From Bacteroidales bacterium (GTDB lineage Bacteria > Bacteroidota > Bacteroidia > Bacteroidales > VadinHA17): 64,000 bases of DNA. The stretch's first letter is position 1; every line of letters starts with the position of its first letter. Below, one piece after another: positions 44,228 to 54,459 of this stretch. A model generated the notes under the pieces. The model was not told where the DNA came from. It saw nothing but the letters and a program-made list of their open reading frames with translations, and did no database searches. The stretch is from positions 1,604-65,603 of the forward strand of contig PMIJ01000040.1 of NCBI GenBank assembly GCA_003157015.1. Direction: 5' to 3'. The translations under genes were made by a program, and so were the position numbers.

Positions 44228-45805
44228 TCAGAATTCTGAGGTTGCCCTCTTAGGATAATCTATTGAGTAATGAAGACCAACACTCTCATGACGGTTCTTT
44301 GCCATTTTGATTATAATATAACCAACATTTATAAGGTTTCTTAGTTCACAGATCTTCTTGGAAATAAGAGATTTTTTATAAAGCCTTTCCGTCTCTTCGT
44401 ATAATATATCAAGACGCACCATCGCTCTTTCGAGTCGGATATCGGATCGGACAATGCCAACATAATTGCTCATGATCATTTGAACTTCCTTGCAACTCTG
44501 GGTGATCAGAACCATCTCCTCAAGATGTGTTGTACCTTTATAATCCCAGACAGGTATCTGTTCTTCAAATGTCAGGGATTTTAGCCTGCTTCCTGAATGG
44601 ATTGCAGCTCTGTAAGCATATACAGCCGCTTCAATAAGTGAGTTGGACGCCAGCCTGTTTGCGCCATGCAACCCGGTCGAAGAAGCTTCTCCCAAAGAAT
44701 AAAGCCTGTCAATATTACTTTGTCCGTTAATATCAACTTTAATGCCACCGCACGAATAATGTGCGCAGGGAACAACAGGTATCATATCCCTTGTTATATC
44801 AATACCGCGATCAAGACAGTGTTCATAAACATTAGGGAAATGGTCCTTTAGTCCCTCAGCATTCAGGTGAATGCAATCGAGCCATACATGATCATCTCCC
44901 CAGATTTTCATCTCATTATCGATGGCCCTTGCAACGATATCACGCGGAGCAAGCGACCCTCTGCTATCGTACCTGTTCATGAACTTTTCTCCCGAAAGGT
45001 TCTTCAATACTGCGCCATAACCTCTTAAGGCTTCTGTAATCAAAAAAGAAGGTTTCCTTTCCGGATCGTACAAAGAAGTAGGGTGAAACTGGACAAACTC
45101 CATATTCTCAATTGTACCTTTCGCCCTGTAGACCATTGCCACGCCATCGCCTGTAGCTATTTCAGGATTTGTGGTGGTAAGGTATACATTCCCAATCCCA
45201 CCTGTAGCGACTATTGTAATCTTTGAAAGCAGGGTTATCACCTGCTGGTTCACAAGATCAGCCACGTAAGCGCCAAAACACTTAATATCAGGATAATTTC
45301 TCTTGACTATTTCTCCAAGATGATGCTGTGTAAGCAGTTCGATTGCAAAATGATGTTCAAGTATTTCGATATTTGCTTCATTCCTTACCCGATCCATTAA
45401 AGTCTTCTGAATGGTTTCGCCTGTTTTATCTTTATGATGAAGTATCCTGTGCTCAGTGTGTCCTCCTTCTTTTGCCAGATCGTAAGTGCCATCTTCTTTC
45501 TTATCAAATGAGACTCCCAATTCAATAAGATCTTTAATCCGTTCAGGTGCTTCAGTAACAACCATTCTTACAACTTCCTCATTACAAATCCCGCCACCAG
45601 CAATCAGGGTATCATTTATGTGTTTCTCAAAATTATCGGGTTCACTGAATACTGCAGCAATACCTCCCTGAGCGTATCGGGTATTAGTATCATTGAGGTT
45701 TGCCTTAGTTACAATTGTTACTTTGCCATACTTCACTGCCTCAAGAGCAAAAGTGAGTCCCGCAATACCTGAACCAATAACAAGGAAATCAGTTCTCTTT
45801 TTCAT
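44228..45805 (-). CDS. nadB: L-aspartate oxidase
   Basis: 525 aa. Supporting segments: DFLVIGSGIAGL, RYAQGGIAA, FVQFHPT, GANRLASNSL. Confidence 0.85.
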   Translation of the reverse strand: MKKRTDFLVIGSGIAGLTFALEAVKYGKVTIVTKANLNDTNTRYAQGGIAAVFSEPDNFEKHINDTLIAGGGICNEEVVRMVVTEAPERIKDLIELGVSFDKKEDGTYDLAKEGGHTEHRILHHKDKTGETIQKTLMDRVRNEANIEILEHHFAIELLTQHHLGEIVKRNYPDIKCFGAYVADLVNQQVITLLSKITIVATGGIGNVYLTTTNPEIATGDGVAMVYRAKGTIENMEFVQFHPTSLYDPERKPSFLITEALRGYGAVLKNLSGEKFMNRYDSRGSLAPRDIVARAIDNEMKIWGDDHVWLDCIHLNAEGLKDHFPNVYEHCLDRGIDITRDMIPVVPCAHYSCGGIKVDINGQSNIDRLYSLGEASSTGLHGANRLASNSLIEAAVYAYRAAIHSGSRLKSLTFEEQIPVWDYKGTTHLEEMVLITQSCKEVQMIMSNYVGIVRSDIRLERAMVRLDILYEETERLYKKSLISKKICELRNLINVGYIIIKMAKNRHESVGLHYSIDYPKRATSEF

Positions 45806-45876
45806 AATTCACAAATTCTGAATGATTGGCAAAGATACAAATAGATGTTATTGATTACTCCCAACTGCGTTTATAT

Positions 45877-45997
45877 CCACCTCTCCCCAACGCCCCTCCG
45901 AGGCGGGGCAGGCTCTCCCCCAGGAGGGAGGGGCTAAGAAGCTGTGAATGTTTTTGTTTCCCCCTTCTCTCCTGGGAGGGGGTCAGGGGGAAGAGGT
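45877..45997. repeat. G/C-run multi-hairpin intergenic element
   Basis: The outer arms 'cacctctcccc' and 'ggggaagaggt' enclose inner hairpins: gcccc...ggggc (45892-45909), ctccc...gggag, and ttccccc...gggggaa. The element is strongly GC-rich. It lies in the divergent nadB/glyQS intergenic region. The track ORF 45855..46076 is just its translation. Confidence 0.75.
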
Positions 45998-46121
45998 AAT
46001 AAAAATGGGAAGGTTCAAATTGTGTGTACATCTTAAATGTTAGGAATCTGTCACCACAAGAAATTGTATAACCCAACTTTTTGAATTACTTTTGTCTTCC
46101 GCAAAAACAAACAAAACAATT

Positions 46122-47672
46122 ATGGCTCAGGAAGATAATTTTAAAAAACTGGTCGCTCATTGCAAGGAATACGGGTATGTTTTCCCGTCGAGTGAAATTT
46201 ACGACGGGTTAAGTGCTGTTTATGATTATGGACAATATGGAGTTGAACTGAAGAACAACATAAAGAAATACTGGTGGGACAGCATGGTCCTGCTGAACGA
46301 TAATATAGTCGGACTTGATTCTGCGATCTTTATGCATCCTACAATATGGAAAGCATCCGGTCATGTTGATGCATTTAATGATCCGCTCATTGATAATAAA
46401 GATTCCAAAAAAAGGTACAGGGCCGATGTGCTTATTGAAGAGCATATGGCAAAGATTGACGACAAAATAACTAAGGAAGTTGAAAAGGCCAGGGAAAGAT
46501 TTGGAGAAGCTTTCGATGAAAAAAAATTCAGGAAGACAAATCCAAGAGTTCTCGCAAATCAGTCAAAAATTGATGAGTTGAATGCACGGTTTTCAAAAGC
46601 TCTCAATGAAACCAACCTGGTCGAACTAAAGCAGATTATCATTGATAATGAAATTGTCTGCCCAATATCCGGTACCCGAAACTGGACAGATGTACGGCAG
46701 TTTAACCTGATGTTTGCAACTGAGATGGGTTCAACTTCTGAGGGAGCCAATAAGATTTACCTGCGTCCCGAAACAGCCCAGGGGATATTCGTCAATTTTC
46801 TCAATGTTCAGAAGACAGGAAGGATGAAGATACCTTTTGGTATTGCGCAAATCGGTAAGGCGTTCAGAAATGAAATTGTAGCCAGGCAATTCATATTCCG
46901 AATGAGGGAATTCGAACAGATGGAAATGCAGTTTTTTGTTCAGCCCGGAAGTGAACTTGACTGGTTTGCAAAATGGAAAGAAACCCGGATGAGATGGCAC
47001 CAGGCACTTGGCTTCGGAAGTGAAAATTACCGCTTTCACGACCATGTCAAACTTGCTCATTACGCCAATGCTGCTACAGATATTGAATATAAATTTCCAT
47101 TCGGATTCAAAGAGGTTGAAGGAATACATTCAAGAACTGATTATGACCTGAAACAGCACCAGGAGTACAGTGGCAAGAAGATGCAGTATTTCGATCCGGA
47201 AAAAGGTGAATCTTATATTCCATATGTCATAGAAACATCTATAGGCGTTGACAGGATGTTTCTGCAGGTAATCTCCGCAGCATATCAGGAAGAGGAACTC
47301 AAAAAAGAAGATGGTAGCTCCGATATCCGTGTTGTTCTTCGATTGCCATCGTTCCTCGCCCCTGTGAAACTTGCAGTAATGCCCCTGGTAAAAAAAGACG
47401 GACTTCCTGATATTGCCAAAAAAATTGTACACGATCTTAAATTCGATTTTAACTGTCAGTATGACGACAAAGACTCTATCGGAAGGAGGTACAGGCGTCA
47501 GGATGCGATAGGAACACCCTATTGCATAACTATCGATCATCAGACTCTTGAAGACAACAGTGTTACGATCAGGTACCGCGATACTATGTTACAGGAGAGG
47601 GTTCAGATTAAGCAGCTAGTAGAAATCATAAAAGAAAAAGTCTCTTTACAAAGCTTGTTAAAAAAGCTTTAG
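46122..47672 (+). CDS. glyQS: Glycine--tRNA ligase (dimeric class II type)
   Basis: The ATG at 46122 gives MAQEDNFKKLVAHCKEYGYVFPSSEIYDGLSAVYDYGQYG. Further segments: FRNEI, RMREFEQMEMQFF, GIGVDR-like SIGVDRM. Confidence 0.9.
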   Translation: MAQEDNFKKLVAHCKEYGYVFPSSEIYDGLSAVYDYGQYGVELKNNIKKYWWDSMVLLNDNIVGLDSAIFMHPTIWKASGHVDAFNDPLIDNKDSKKRYRADVLIEEHMAKIDDKITKEVEKARERFGEAFDEKKFRKTNPRVLANQSKIDELNARFSKALNETNLVELKQIIIDNEIVCPISGTRNWTDVRQFNLMFATEMGSTSEGANKIYLRPETAQGIFVNFLNVQKTGRMKIPFGIAQIGKAFRNEIVARQFIFRMREFEQMEMQFFVQPGSELDWFAKWKETRMRWHQALGFGSENYRFHDHVKLAHYANAATDIEYKFPFGFKEVEGIHSRTDYDLKQHQEYSGKKMQYFDPEKGESYIPYVIETSIGVDRMFLQVISAAYQEEELKKEDGSSDIRVVLRLPSFLAPVKLAVMPLVKKDGLPDIAKKIVHDLKFDFNCQYDDKDSIGRRYRRQDAIGTPYCITIDHQTLEDNSVTIRYRDTMLQERVQIKQLVEIIKEKVSLQSLLKKL

Positions 47673-47673
47673 A

Positions 47674-48951
47674 ATGAATAAGGTTCTTATAATCACTTAT
47701 TATTGGCCTCCCAGCGGAGGATCCGGAGTGCAGCGCTGGTTAAAATTTTCAAAATATCTGCCTGAATCCGGATGGGAACCCTTAATACTCACAGTCGCTC
47801 CTGAATTTGCCGCTTATCCGGTAAAAGATAATTCACTTATGCAAGATCTGCCCTCATCAATCAGAATCTTCACAACCCCGGCAACGAATTATTTCAGAAT
47901 ATATAATAAAGATCAAACCCGTATACCTTCAGCCGGATTTGCAAATAGTATCGATAACTCATTAAAGGGTAAGATCCTACGATTCATAAGAGGTAATTTC
48001 TTTATCCCTGATCCAAGAAGAGGCTGGAATAAATATGCCTTTCAAAAAGCATGCGAATTAATTGAAACCGAAGGAATACAAAATATTATTACAACGAGCC
48101 CTCCTCATTCGACACAACTGATCGGACTTAAGATCAAAAAGAAATATCTGAATATAAATTGGATTGCCGATCTGCGCGATCCATGGACTGAAATATACTA
48201 TTACAGTCAGTTCTACCCTACTTATATATCTAAATGGATTGACAGGACATATGAAAAAACCGTACTCAGGAAAACTGATAAAATTATAACTGTCGGAATT
48301 TCCCTGAAGAAATTATTCCAGTCAAAAGTAAAAGGGATAGAATATAAGACAGAGGTAATAACCAACGGCTATGATGAAGATGATTTTTCAGGAATCTTTT
48401 CTTCCGATCCTCCGGTATTCACAATTACTTATGTAGGAACTCTTTCAGATATTTATCCTGTTGATGGTTTTCTAAAAGCTCTTCAGTCATTTAAAGAAAA
48501 GAATAATGAATTTATCCTGAGATTTATAGGTTCAGTAGTGCAAAGTCAGAAGGAGCTTATACAATCAGTGACCAGCGATTCAAACCGGAAATTTATAACA
48601 TATGTCGATCATTCTGCCGCAGTTCAGTTTATGCTTAATACCTCTGTCCTGTTGCTGATTATCCCTGATCATCAGAGTAATAAAAGCATTATAACCGGGA
48701 AGTTGTTTGAATATATAGCCTCAGACAGACCAATTATATGCCTGGGCCCCTCCGATGGAGATGCTGCAGAAATCATCAGAACTGGCGGGTATGGAAGGAC
48801 TTTTGATTATTCGGATTCCAAAGGGATTTATGAATATCTGATGCAACTGATTTCCGGAAAATCAATAACCCAAAATAACTCAAGCGCGTTCTACAGCAGA
48901 AGGGAATTGACAAAAAAGATAATCCCTTTGCTTATAAATGCCAAATCATGA
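47674..48951 (+). CDS. Glycosyltransferase (GT-B fold, GT4-like)
   Basis: 425 aa. The N-terminus KVLIITYYWPPSGGSGVQRW is typical of a conserved Bacteroidota GT family. The start lies 1 nt after the glyQS stop. Confidence 0.65.
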   Translation: MNKVLIITYYWPPSGGSGVQRWLKFSKYLPESGWEPLILTVAPEFAAYPVKDNSLMQDLPSSIRIFTTPATNYFRIYNKDQTRIPSAGFANSIDNSLKGKILRFIRGNFFIPDPRRGWNKYAFQKACELIETEGIQNIITTSPPHSTQLIGLKIKKKYLNINWIADLRDPWTEIYYYSQFYPTYISKWIDRTYEKTVLRKTDKIITVGISLKKLFQSKVKGIEYKTEVITNGYDEDDFSGIFSSDPPVFTITYVGTLSDIYPVDGFLKALQSFKEKNNEFILRFIGSVVQSQKELIQSVTSDSNRKFITYVDHSAAVQFMLNTSVLLLIIPDHQSNKSIITGKLFEYIASDRPIICLGPSDGDAAEIIRTGGYGRTFDYSDSKGIYEYLMQLISGKSITQNNSSAFYSRRELTKKIIPLLINAKS

Positions 48952-50147
48952 AGATTGGAATAGTTGTTGATAATGAATTGAATAATGATATCCGCGTTCT
49001 CAGGGAAATAGGACTTCTTAAGGAACAGGGATTTGAAATTTTTGTTTTATGCTTTGGGTTTGTCACAACCTATAAAGATCCATTTGAGCAGATTCATATC
49101 ACCAGAATAAACATTCCGAAAAAAGTCAAGAATATATTGTTTTTTATGCTTAACACCATTCCACTTTATGAGTGGTTCTGGGCAGCAAAAATTAAGAAAT
49201 TCATCATTCATAACGATGTTGAATATCTTCACGTCCATGATCTTTATATGTCGCGTGCTGCATACAAAGGAATAAGAAAGACAAATCTTAAAATCCCATT
49301 GATACTCGATCTTCATGAGAATTACCCATATACAGTCACGACTTATAACTGGACAAAGGGATTTTTAAGGAGACTTGTTTCCCGGCCGGATGAATGGGAA
49401 AAAAAGGAACCTGAATATTTAAGTTATGCTGACCGGATAATTGTTCTCAGCAACGATTTCAGGGATGTGCTGTTAAAAAAGTATCATGAACTGGAGAAAG
49501 ACAGGTTTGTCGTTTTACCGAATGTGCCGGATCTTTCGCAACCGGAATACCAAAGCAAAGGGGTTGCAAATAATCCATTTAAACAAGGATTCCCTATTAT
49601 TTTTTATTACGGAGCGATTGCGGAAAGAAGAGGAATCTTTGACGCGCTAAGAGTTTTCATCAACCTGATAGAAGAGGGCCGTTCCATAAATTTCCTGCTT
49701 ATCGGGCCGGTTGACAAAAAAGACTATCCTCTGTTTTCACAAATCGTAGAATCGGATCTTTTGAAAGATCGTGTACATTATATTCCATGGATAGATATGA
49801 AAGATTTCCCTTCCTACCTTGAAATATCTGATATCTGTCTGGCTCCTTTCCATAAAAACCCACAGCATGAATCGGGTGTCGCAAATAAAATTTACGACTA
49901 TATGCTCGGAGCTAAACCCATTATTGCCTCAAATTGCAAACCACAGCAAGATCTTATTGAGAAACATAACTGCGGTTTAATTTTCAATAATACGGCGGAA
50001 TTTCATGATGCGATAGTAAAACTTCTTGATGACAAACAGTTAAGAGAAAAAATGGGAGAAAATGGCAGGAAGGCGATTATTCTGGATTATAATATGGAAA
50101 TATTTAAAGAGAATTTGATAATGGTATTTAAAAATTCCTACCTTTAA
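48948..50147 (+). CDS. Glycosyltransferase family 4-like
   Basis: 399 aa. It overlaps the upstream GT by 4 nt (ATGA). The C-terminal half has a GT-B fold with an E-x7-E-like segment, ESGVANKIYDYM. Confidence 0.7.
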   Translation: MKIGIVVDNELNNDIRVLREIGLLKEQGFEIFVLCFGFVTTYKDPFEQIHITRINIPKKVKNILFFMLNTIPLYEWFWAAKIKKFIIHNDVEYLHVHDLYMSRAAYKGIRKTNLKIPLILDLHENYPYTVTTYNWTKGFLRRLVSRPDEWEKKEPEYLSYADRIIVLSNDFRDVLLKKYHELEKDRFVVLPNVPDLSQPEYQSKGVANNPFKQGFPIIFYYGAIAERRGIFDALRVFINLIEEGRSINFLLIGPVDKKDYPLFSQIVESDLLKDRVHYIPWIDMKDFPSYLEISDICLAPFHKNPQHESGVANKIYDYMLGAKPIIASNCKPQQDLIEKHNCGLIFNNTAEFHDAIVKLLDDKQLREKMGENGRKAIILDYNMEIFKENLIMVFKNSYL

Positions 50148-50272
50148 ATTGTTACTTCAGTGAAAGCAAATTAAAATATTTACAAATAATTAATGAAGTC
50201 TAGACTTATGTTTATTCTTTATATATATAACTGAATTTAAAAATCCAATTAACCATTTAAAAATTGTCTGAT

Positions 50273-51376
50273 ATGAAAAGCATAACATTTTTTTTGAAGC
50301 TTACCGCCTTATCGGTTGTTCTTATATTATCTTCATGTACAAAAAAAAATAGTCCACCTACCATAAACGATCAAACTTTTTCCATCGATGAAAACAGTAT
50401 TGCAGGAACTCTGGTTGGGAAGGTGGTAGCTTCCGATATAGATGGACAAGTAGTATCGTACTCAATAAAAAGCGGCAATACGAATAATGCCTTTGTTATT
50501 TCGCAGGAGGATGGCAAAATAACTATTAATAATGAAGATGCGATTGACTTTGAAACCAATCCTGTTTTTAACTTAACGGTTGAGGTAAAAGACAACAAGA
50601 ACAAAAGCTCATTTGGCGCCATTACTATTAATCTTAACAATATAGAACCTCCAACTACAGGACTTGTATTATATATGCCATTTGATGGAAATGTTAATGA
50701 TTTAAGTTCGAGCAACAATAACGGGATTGATTATACCTCTCATAATTTTGTTACAGGTAAGAAATCACAAGGGTTGGATTTTAATGGAACATCTGATTAC
50801 ATCCGGTTAACCAATACAATAAATTCCCAGAATGGGCTGTCCTTTTCTTTCTGGCTTTATACCAGGGGTGCTAACGGAACCGAGAATAATGGTGTTATTA
50901 TAAGTAAATACAGTAAGGTAAATAATACAAGATGTTTTATGGTTTATTCATTTGGATCTGCTGCATTACGAAATGATAATCGTTTGTCTGCAGCATTTTA
51001 TTCTGATGGATCTTCCTCAACTTATTATCATGATATGACAAAATCATACCTGGAACTATCAGAATTACAGGTTTACCCAAATCCATCACTCTGGACCATT
51101 ACAAATCCGACACGGTTGACAATTGGAACCTGGACACATTGTGTGGTTAACGTCACCCCAACTGCGGTAGAAACGTGGCTGAATGGAGTATTTTGCACAA
51201 AAAAAGCAAGGGAGTACAACACATATTTTAATAGCGATACGGAGCCGATCCTAATTGGAAACTGTTATGACAGCGGTGACGGAAGCAACAATCATTTCAA
51301 TGGAATTCTCGATGAATTAAGAATTTACAACAGGGCATTAACCAATGATGAGATAAAAACTTTGTATAAAGAATAG
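50273..51376 (+). CDS. Lipoprotein with cadherin-like repeat and LamG (concanavalin A-like lectin) domain
   Basis: The ATG at 50273 gives MKSITFF...LILSSC, with a lipobox. The cadherin-like repeat reads FSIDENSIAGTLVGKVVASDIDGQVVSYSI...FETNPVFNLTVEVKDN. The LamG end reads FNGILDELRIYNRALTNDEIKTLY. Confidence 0.75.
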   Translation: MKSITFFLKLTALSVVLILSSCTKKNSPPTINDQTFSIDENSIAGTLVGKVVASDIDGQVVSYSIKSGNTNNAFVISQEDGKITINNEDAIDFETNPVFNLTVEVKDNKNKSSFGAITINLNNIEPPTTGLVLYMPFDGNVNDLSSSNNNGIDYTSHNFVTGKKSQGLDFNGTSDYIRLTNTINSQNGLSFSFWLYTRGANGTENNGVIISKYSKVNNTRCFMVYSFGSAALRNDNRLSAAFYSDGSSSTYYHDMTKSYLELSELQVYPNPSLWTITNPTRLTIGTWTHCVVNVTPTAVETWLNGVFCTKKAREYNTYFNSDTEPILIGNCYDSGDGSNNHFNGILDELRIYNRALTNDEIKTLYKE

Positions 51377-51538
51377 CTCACCAGGTACATGTCCGGTATT
51401 CCTTTTTGCCAGTGATCTACTTTAAGAAAAAACAAAACAGGGCTTCCAGTATCTATTGAATTTCAGAGCAAAGTCTGGTTGCTGCACATTGTAAGCATGA
51501 AACTGGAAATTTGTTTTAGACAGTTATAATTCTATTCT

Positions 51539-52684
51539 ATGAATATACTGGTGCTTACACATTCATATCCTGAAGTAAACCTGAGATGGCGTGGCATTTT
51601 TGTACAGGAACAAGTTAAGGCTTTGAGTATAAAGCATACTGTTGCAGTAGTTTATTTTAAAGTAGATTATTCGCATTTTTCTCCGTTTTCTGATTATTCA
51701 TTTTTGAAAAGACAGGATGGAGGCGTAACTGAATATGTTGTTACAATCAATAAATCTTTTCCCGCCATTAATCAACTTAAATACTTGTTCAATACCTACA
51801 GGTTTATTAAAAATGAGATCCTGAGGCAAACTAAAATTGATATTATTCACAGCCATTTTTCATATCCGGCAGGATTCCTGGGAACTTTAATTCAAAAAAA
51901 AGCAAAGATTCCCAGTATCATTACGGAACACACATGGATAAAAAAATATTTCAGAAGCCCCATTCATAAGCAATGCGTCCTTTATGCACTAAGGAATTCT
52001 TCACTGGTTCTTTCAGTCAGCAAAGCCTTAAAAGATGATATCGCTCTTTATTGTGAACGAAATATCTCCGTAATTCCAAATGTTATTGATTCTGATAAAT
52101 TCCATACTTCTGAGAAACCACTTAGTTCGACTCTTAATTTAGGAATTCTGGGAGGAATGGGAAATTACAGAAAGGGGCTGGATATTTTAATAAAATCCGT
52201 TTCTCTTTTAAAAAATATGGATTTGCTGGTTCATATAGGGGGTGATGGCATCCTTCTTGAAAAATTTAAAATGCAGTCACAAGAATTAGGGGTATATAAA
52301 AAATGTAAATTCTACGGTGAGATATCAGCAGAAGATATCCCCGATTTTTACTCCCACCTGGATATATTTGTCCTGGCAAGTCGTGATGAAACATTTGGGG
52401 TGGTAGTTGTTGAAGCAATGGCAAGCGGATTACCTGTTATAGCCACAGATTGTGGGGGACCTAAGGAAATAATAACCAGCGAAACCGGAGTACTGGTAGA
52501 AAAAGAAAGCCCGGATGAACTTGCCAGAGCAATAACTCAAATGTCGGAAAACCTACATTTGTATGACAGGTTTATAATCAGAAAATACGCAGAAGATAAA
52601 TTTGGACAAAAGTCTTTTGTCGATAGTATTACCAGAATTTATCAGGAAGTTTTGCTGAAGGTTGATAACAGACGGTTCAAGTAA
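51539..52684 (+). CDS. Glycosyltransferase family 4
   Basis: 381 aa. The classic GT4 segment is ASRDETFGVVVVEAMASGLPVIATDCGGPKEII. Confidence 0.85.
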   Translation: MNILVLTHSYPEVNLRWRGIFVQEQVKALSIKHTVAVVYFKVDYSHFSPFSDYSFLKRQDGGVTEYVVTINKSFPAINQLKYLFNTYRFIKNEILRQTKIDIIHSHFSYPAGFLGTLIQKKAKIPSIITEHTWIKKYFRSPIHKQCVLYALRNSSLVLSVSKALKDDIALYCERNISVIPNVIDSDKFHTSEKPLSSTLNLGILGGMGNYRKGLDILIKSVSLLKNMDLLVHIGGDGILLEKFKMQSQELGVYKKCKFYGEISAEDIPDFYSHLDIFVLASRDETFGVVVVEAMASGLPVIATDCGGPKEIITSETGVLVEKESPDELARAITQMSENLHLYDRFIIRKYAEDKFGQKSFVDSITRIYQEVLLKVDNRRFK

Positions 52685-52724
52685 AGTTAAGGCCAGGCTT
52701 TTCTGTCCGTTTCACACGCTGCGA

Positions 52725-53513
52725 TTAATGAGAGTTACTCTTTAGTAAAACAAAATAATTTGAACCAATAATTTTGGCTGTGAATCCCTGGTTTAATAAT
52801 TTCATCCTGTCCTCGGCAAAATAATAAAAAGACCAGAACAATCTCTTTGGCAGTGGTTTCGACATTATCCTTTTCATACGGTTTCTTTTGTACATTTCAT
52901 AAAAGGCTTTATCGAAAAAGCCTATCGAGGTAAAACTCGTGATAACATCAAATCCGGCATTCGATACTAATCTTCGTGCATCTTCTTCATCATAACAACG
53001 AATGTGTCCTGATGGATCCTGTTCACCATACTGCCTGTTCCTTGTATTAAAAGACTTCTCAAGAGGTAGGTTAAGCAGCACATACGATGACATTTTCTGA
53101 ACCATTTTCATAAATCCCAGATCATCTGGTATGTGTTCGACAATATCTGAAAGAACAATTAGGTCATACCTGCGATTTTGAATTTCTTCCGGGATCACCT
53201 TGATGAAATCCTCTAATGTGCCACGGAAGAATTTACATTCAGGATAAAGATTTTTTGCAGCCTCAATATTATTACCTGAAATATCAATACCTGTCCTGTT
53301 TTTTAATTGAAGCCTGTCGGAAATATTATTTAATAATACACCGAATGCACATCCAACTTCAAGAATATTCTCAAACTTAAAACCATCAGGAATAAGCTGG
53401 ATGAGTTTCCGGACTTTCCAGTCTACTGTAATAGTGTAATCCTCCCTCTTAATTGCATCATTCCTGAACCCTTCATAATCAGGTTGCTTATCATAAAATA
53501 ATTCAAAATCCAT
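52725..53513 (-). CDS. Class I SAM-dependent methyltransferase
   Basis: 262 aa. Motif I is ILEVGCAFG. Post-I and motif II segments GIDIS and DLIVLSDIVEH follow. Confidence 0.8.
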   Translation of the reverse strand: MDFELFYDKQPDYEGFRNDAIKREDYTITVDWKVRKLIQLIPDGFKFENILEVGCAFGVLLNNISDRLQLKNRTGIDISGNNIEAAKNLYPECKFFRGTLEDFIKVIPEEIQNRRYDLIVLSDIVEHIPDDLGFMKMVQKMSSYVLLNLPLEKSFNTRNRQYGEQDPSGHIRCYDEEDARRLVSNAGFDVITSFTSIGFFDKAFYEMYKRNRMKRIMSKPLPKRLFWSFYYFAEDRMKLLNQGFTAKIIGSNYFVLLKSNSH

Positions 53514-53517
53514 ATTA

Positions 53518-54225
53518 TCAGTTTTTTCTTAAAATATAAACCAGGGACCTGCCTTTCTTTGGACCCGTCATGAACGGGTAAAAGAACGGAAGAATGAGAT
53601 TTCTGAAAACTGAAAAAGTCGAAAATCCGAATAAGTGAATAAAAGGAATGGTTCCTGCATATCCCTTCGTCAGAATTTCCAATTTATTAAAATTAAACAT
53701 GTTTTCCAGCTGAACATACGACAATGGAGTAATGTGTCCGTGGACAAGGTCTGTTTTCTCATATGCTAAAAGTGTGCCCCTCATGAAAAACCTGAGGCGC
53801 GATGGGAAACTGGAGATGTTAGGTGTACTCAGAACGATAATTCCGCCGGCTTTTAAAACCGACAGGCAGTCACTCAGATATTTCCATGGATTATTAAGGT
53901 GTTCTATTATTTCAACTGCCATTATCATATCATACTTTTCGGGAATCGAATTCAGAATATCTGGTTTATTCAGATCAAGTGTTATTTTCCCATGAACATG
54001 TGCCTTAATTTGGTCAGTATCAATATCGCAGCCATCAACTATCATTCCTTCATCGATAAGTCTTTGAGAAAAAGCCCCCTCGCCGCATCCGAAATCAAGG
54101 ATGTGCATTCCATTTTTAAGATAAGGGTTCACTATTTTGAAAATGTCTGAATGGAGTCCATGTGCAGCGAGTACCTTAATTCCTCTATAGTCAGGGGGCT
54201 TTATATCTCCTATTTTGATAAACAT
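53518..54225 (-). CDS. Class I SAM-dependent methyltransferase
   Basis: 235 aa. Motifs: ILDFGCGEGAFS, GCDID, DMIMAVEIIEHL. Confidence 0.8.
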   Translation of the reverse strand: MFIKIGDIKPPDYRGIKVLAAHGLHSDIFKIVNPYLKNGMHILDFGCGEGAFSQRLIDEGMIVDGCDIDTDQIKAHVHGKITLDLNKPDILNSIPEKYDMIMAVEIIEHLNNPWKYLSDCLSVLKAGGIIVLSTPNISSFPSRLRFFMRGTLLAYEKTDLVHGHITPLSYVQLENMFNFNKLEILTKGYAGTIPFIHLFGFSTFSVFRNLILPFFYPFMTGPKKGRSLVYILRKN

Positions 54226-54459
54226 AACATACAGATTAGACTATTGTTTGTAAAAATACCAAAAACTTGCTTCTCTTCGTCATGATCAACAGATTCTTCA
54301 TACAATCATGATTAAGATACGCTCGTCCTATTAATCGTGCTAATTTTACAAATCTTGTCACTACGTGATCTTAAAGGTAAATTGTATCTTCGCAATGATT
54401 TTAGAATTTTGTAACCTTTAGGATAATGGCTGAGGTTCAGAATTTTTAGGGATCTGAGT

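Noticed and set aside
45855-46076. 73-aa ORF (and the 60-aa ORF at 10405..10587) as small proteins
   Set aside because: Both are translations of the G/C-run palindromic elements (Pro/Gly/Arg-rich, low complexity), with no start context. I treat them as DNA/RNA elements.
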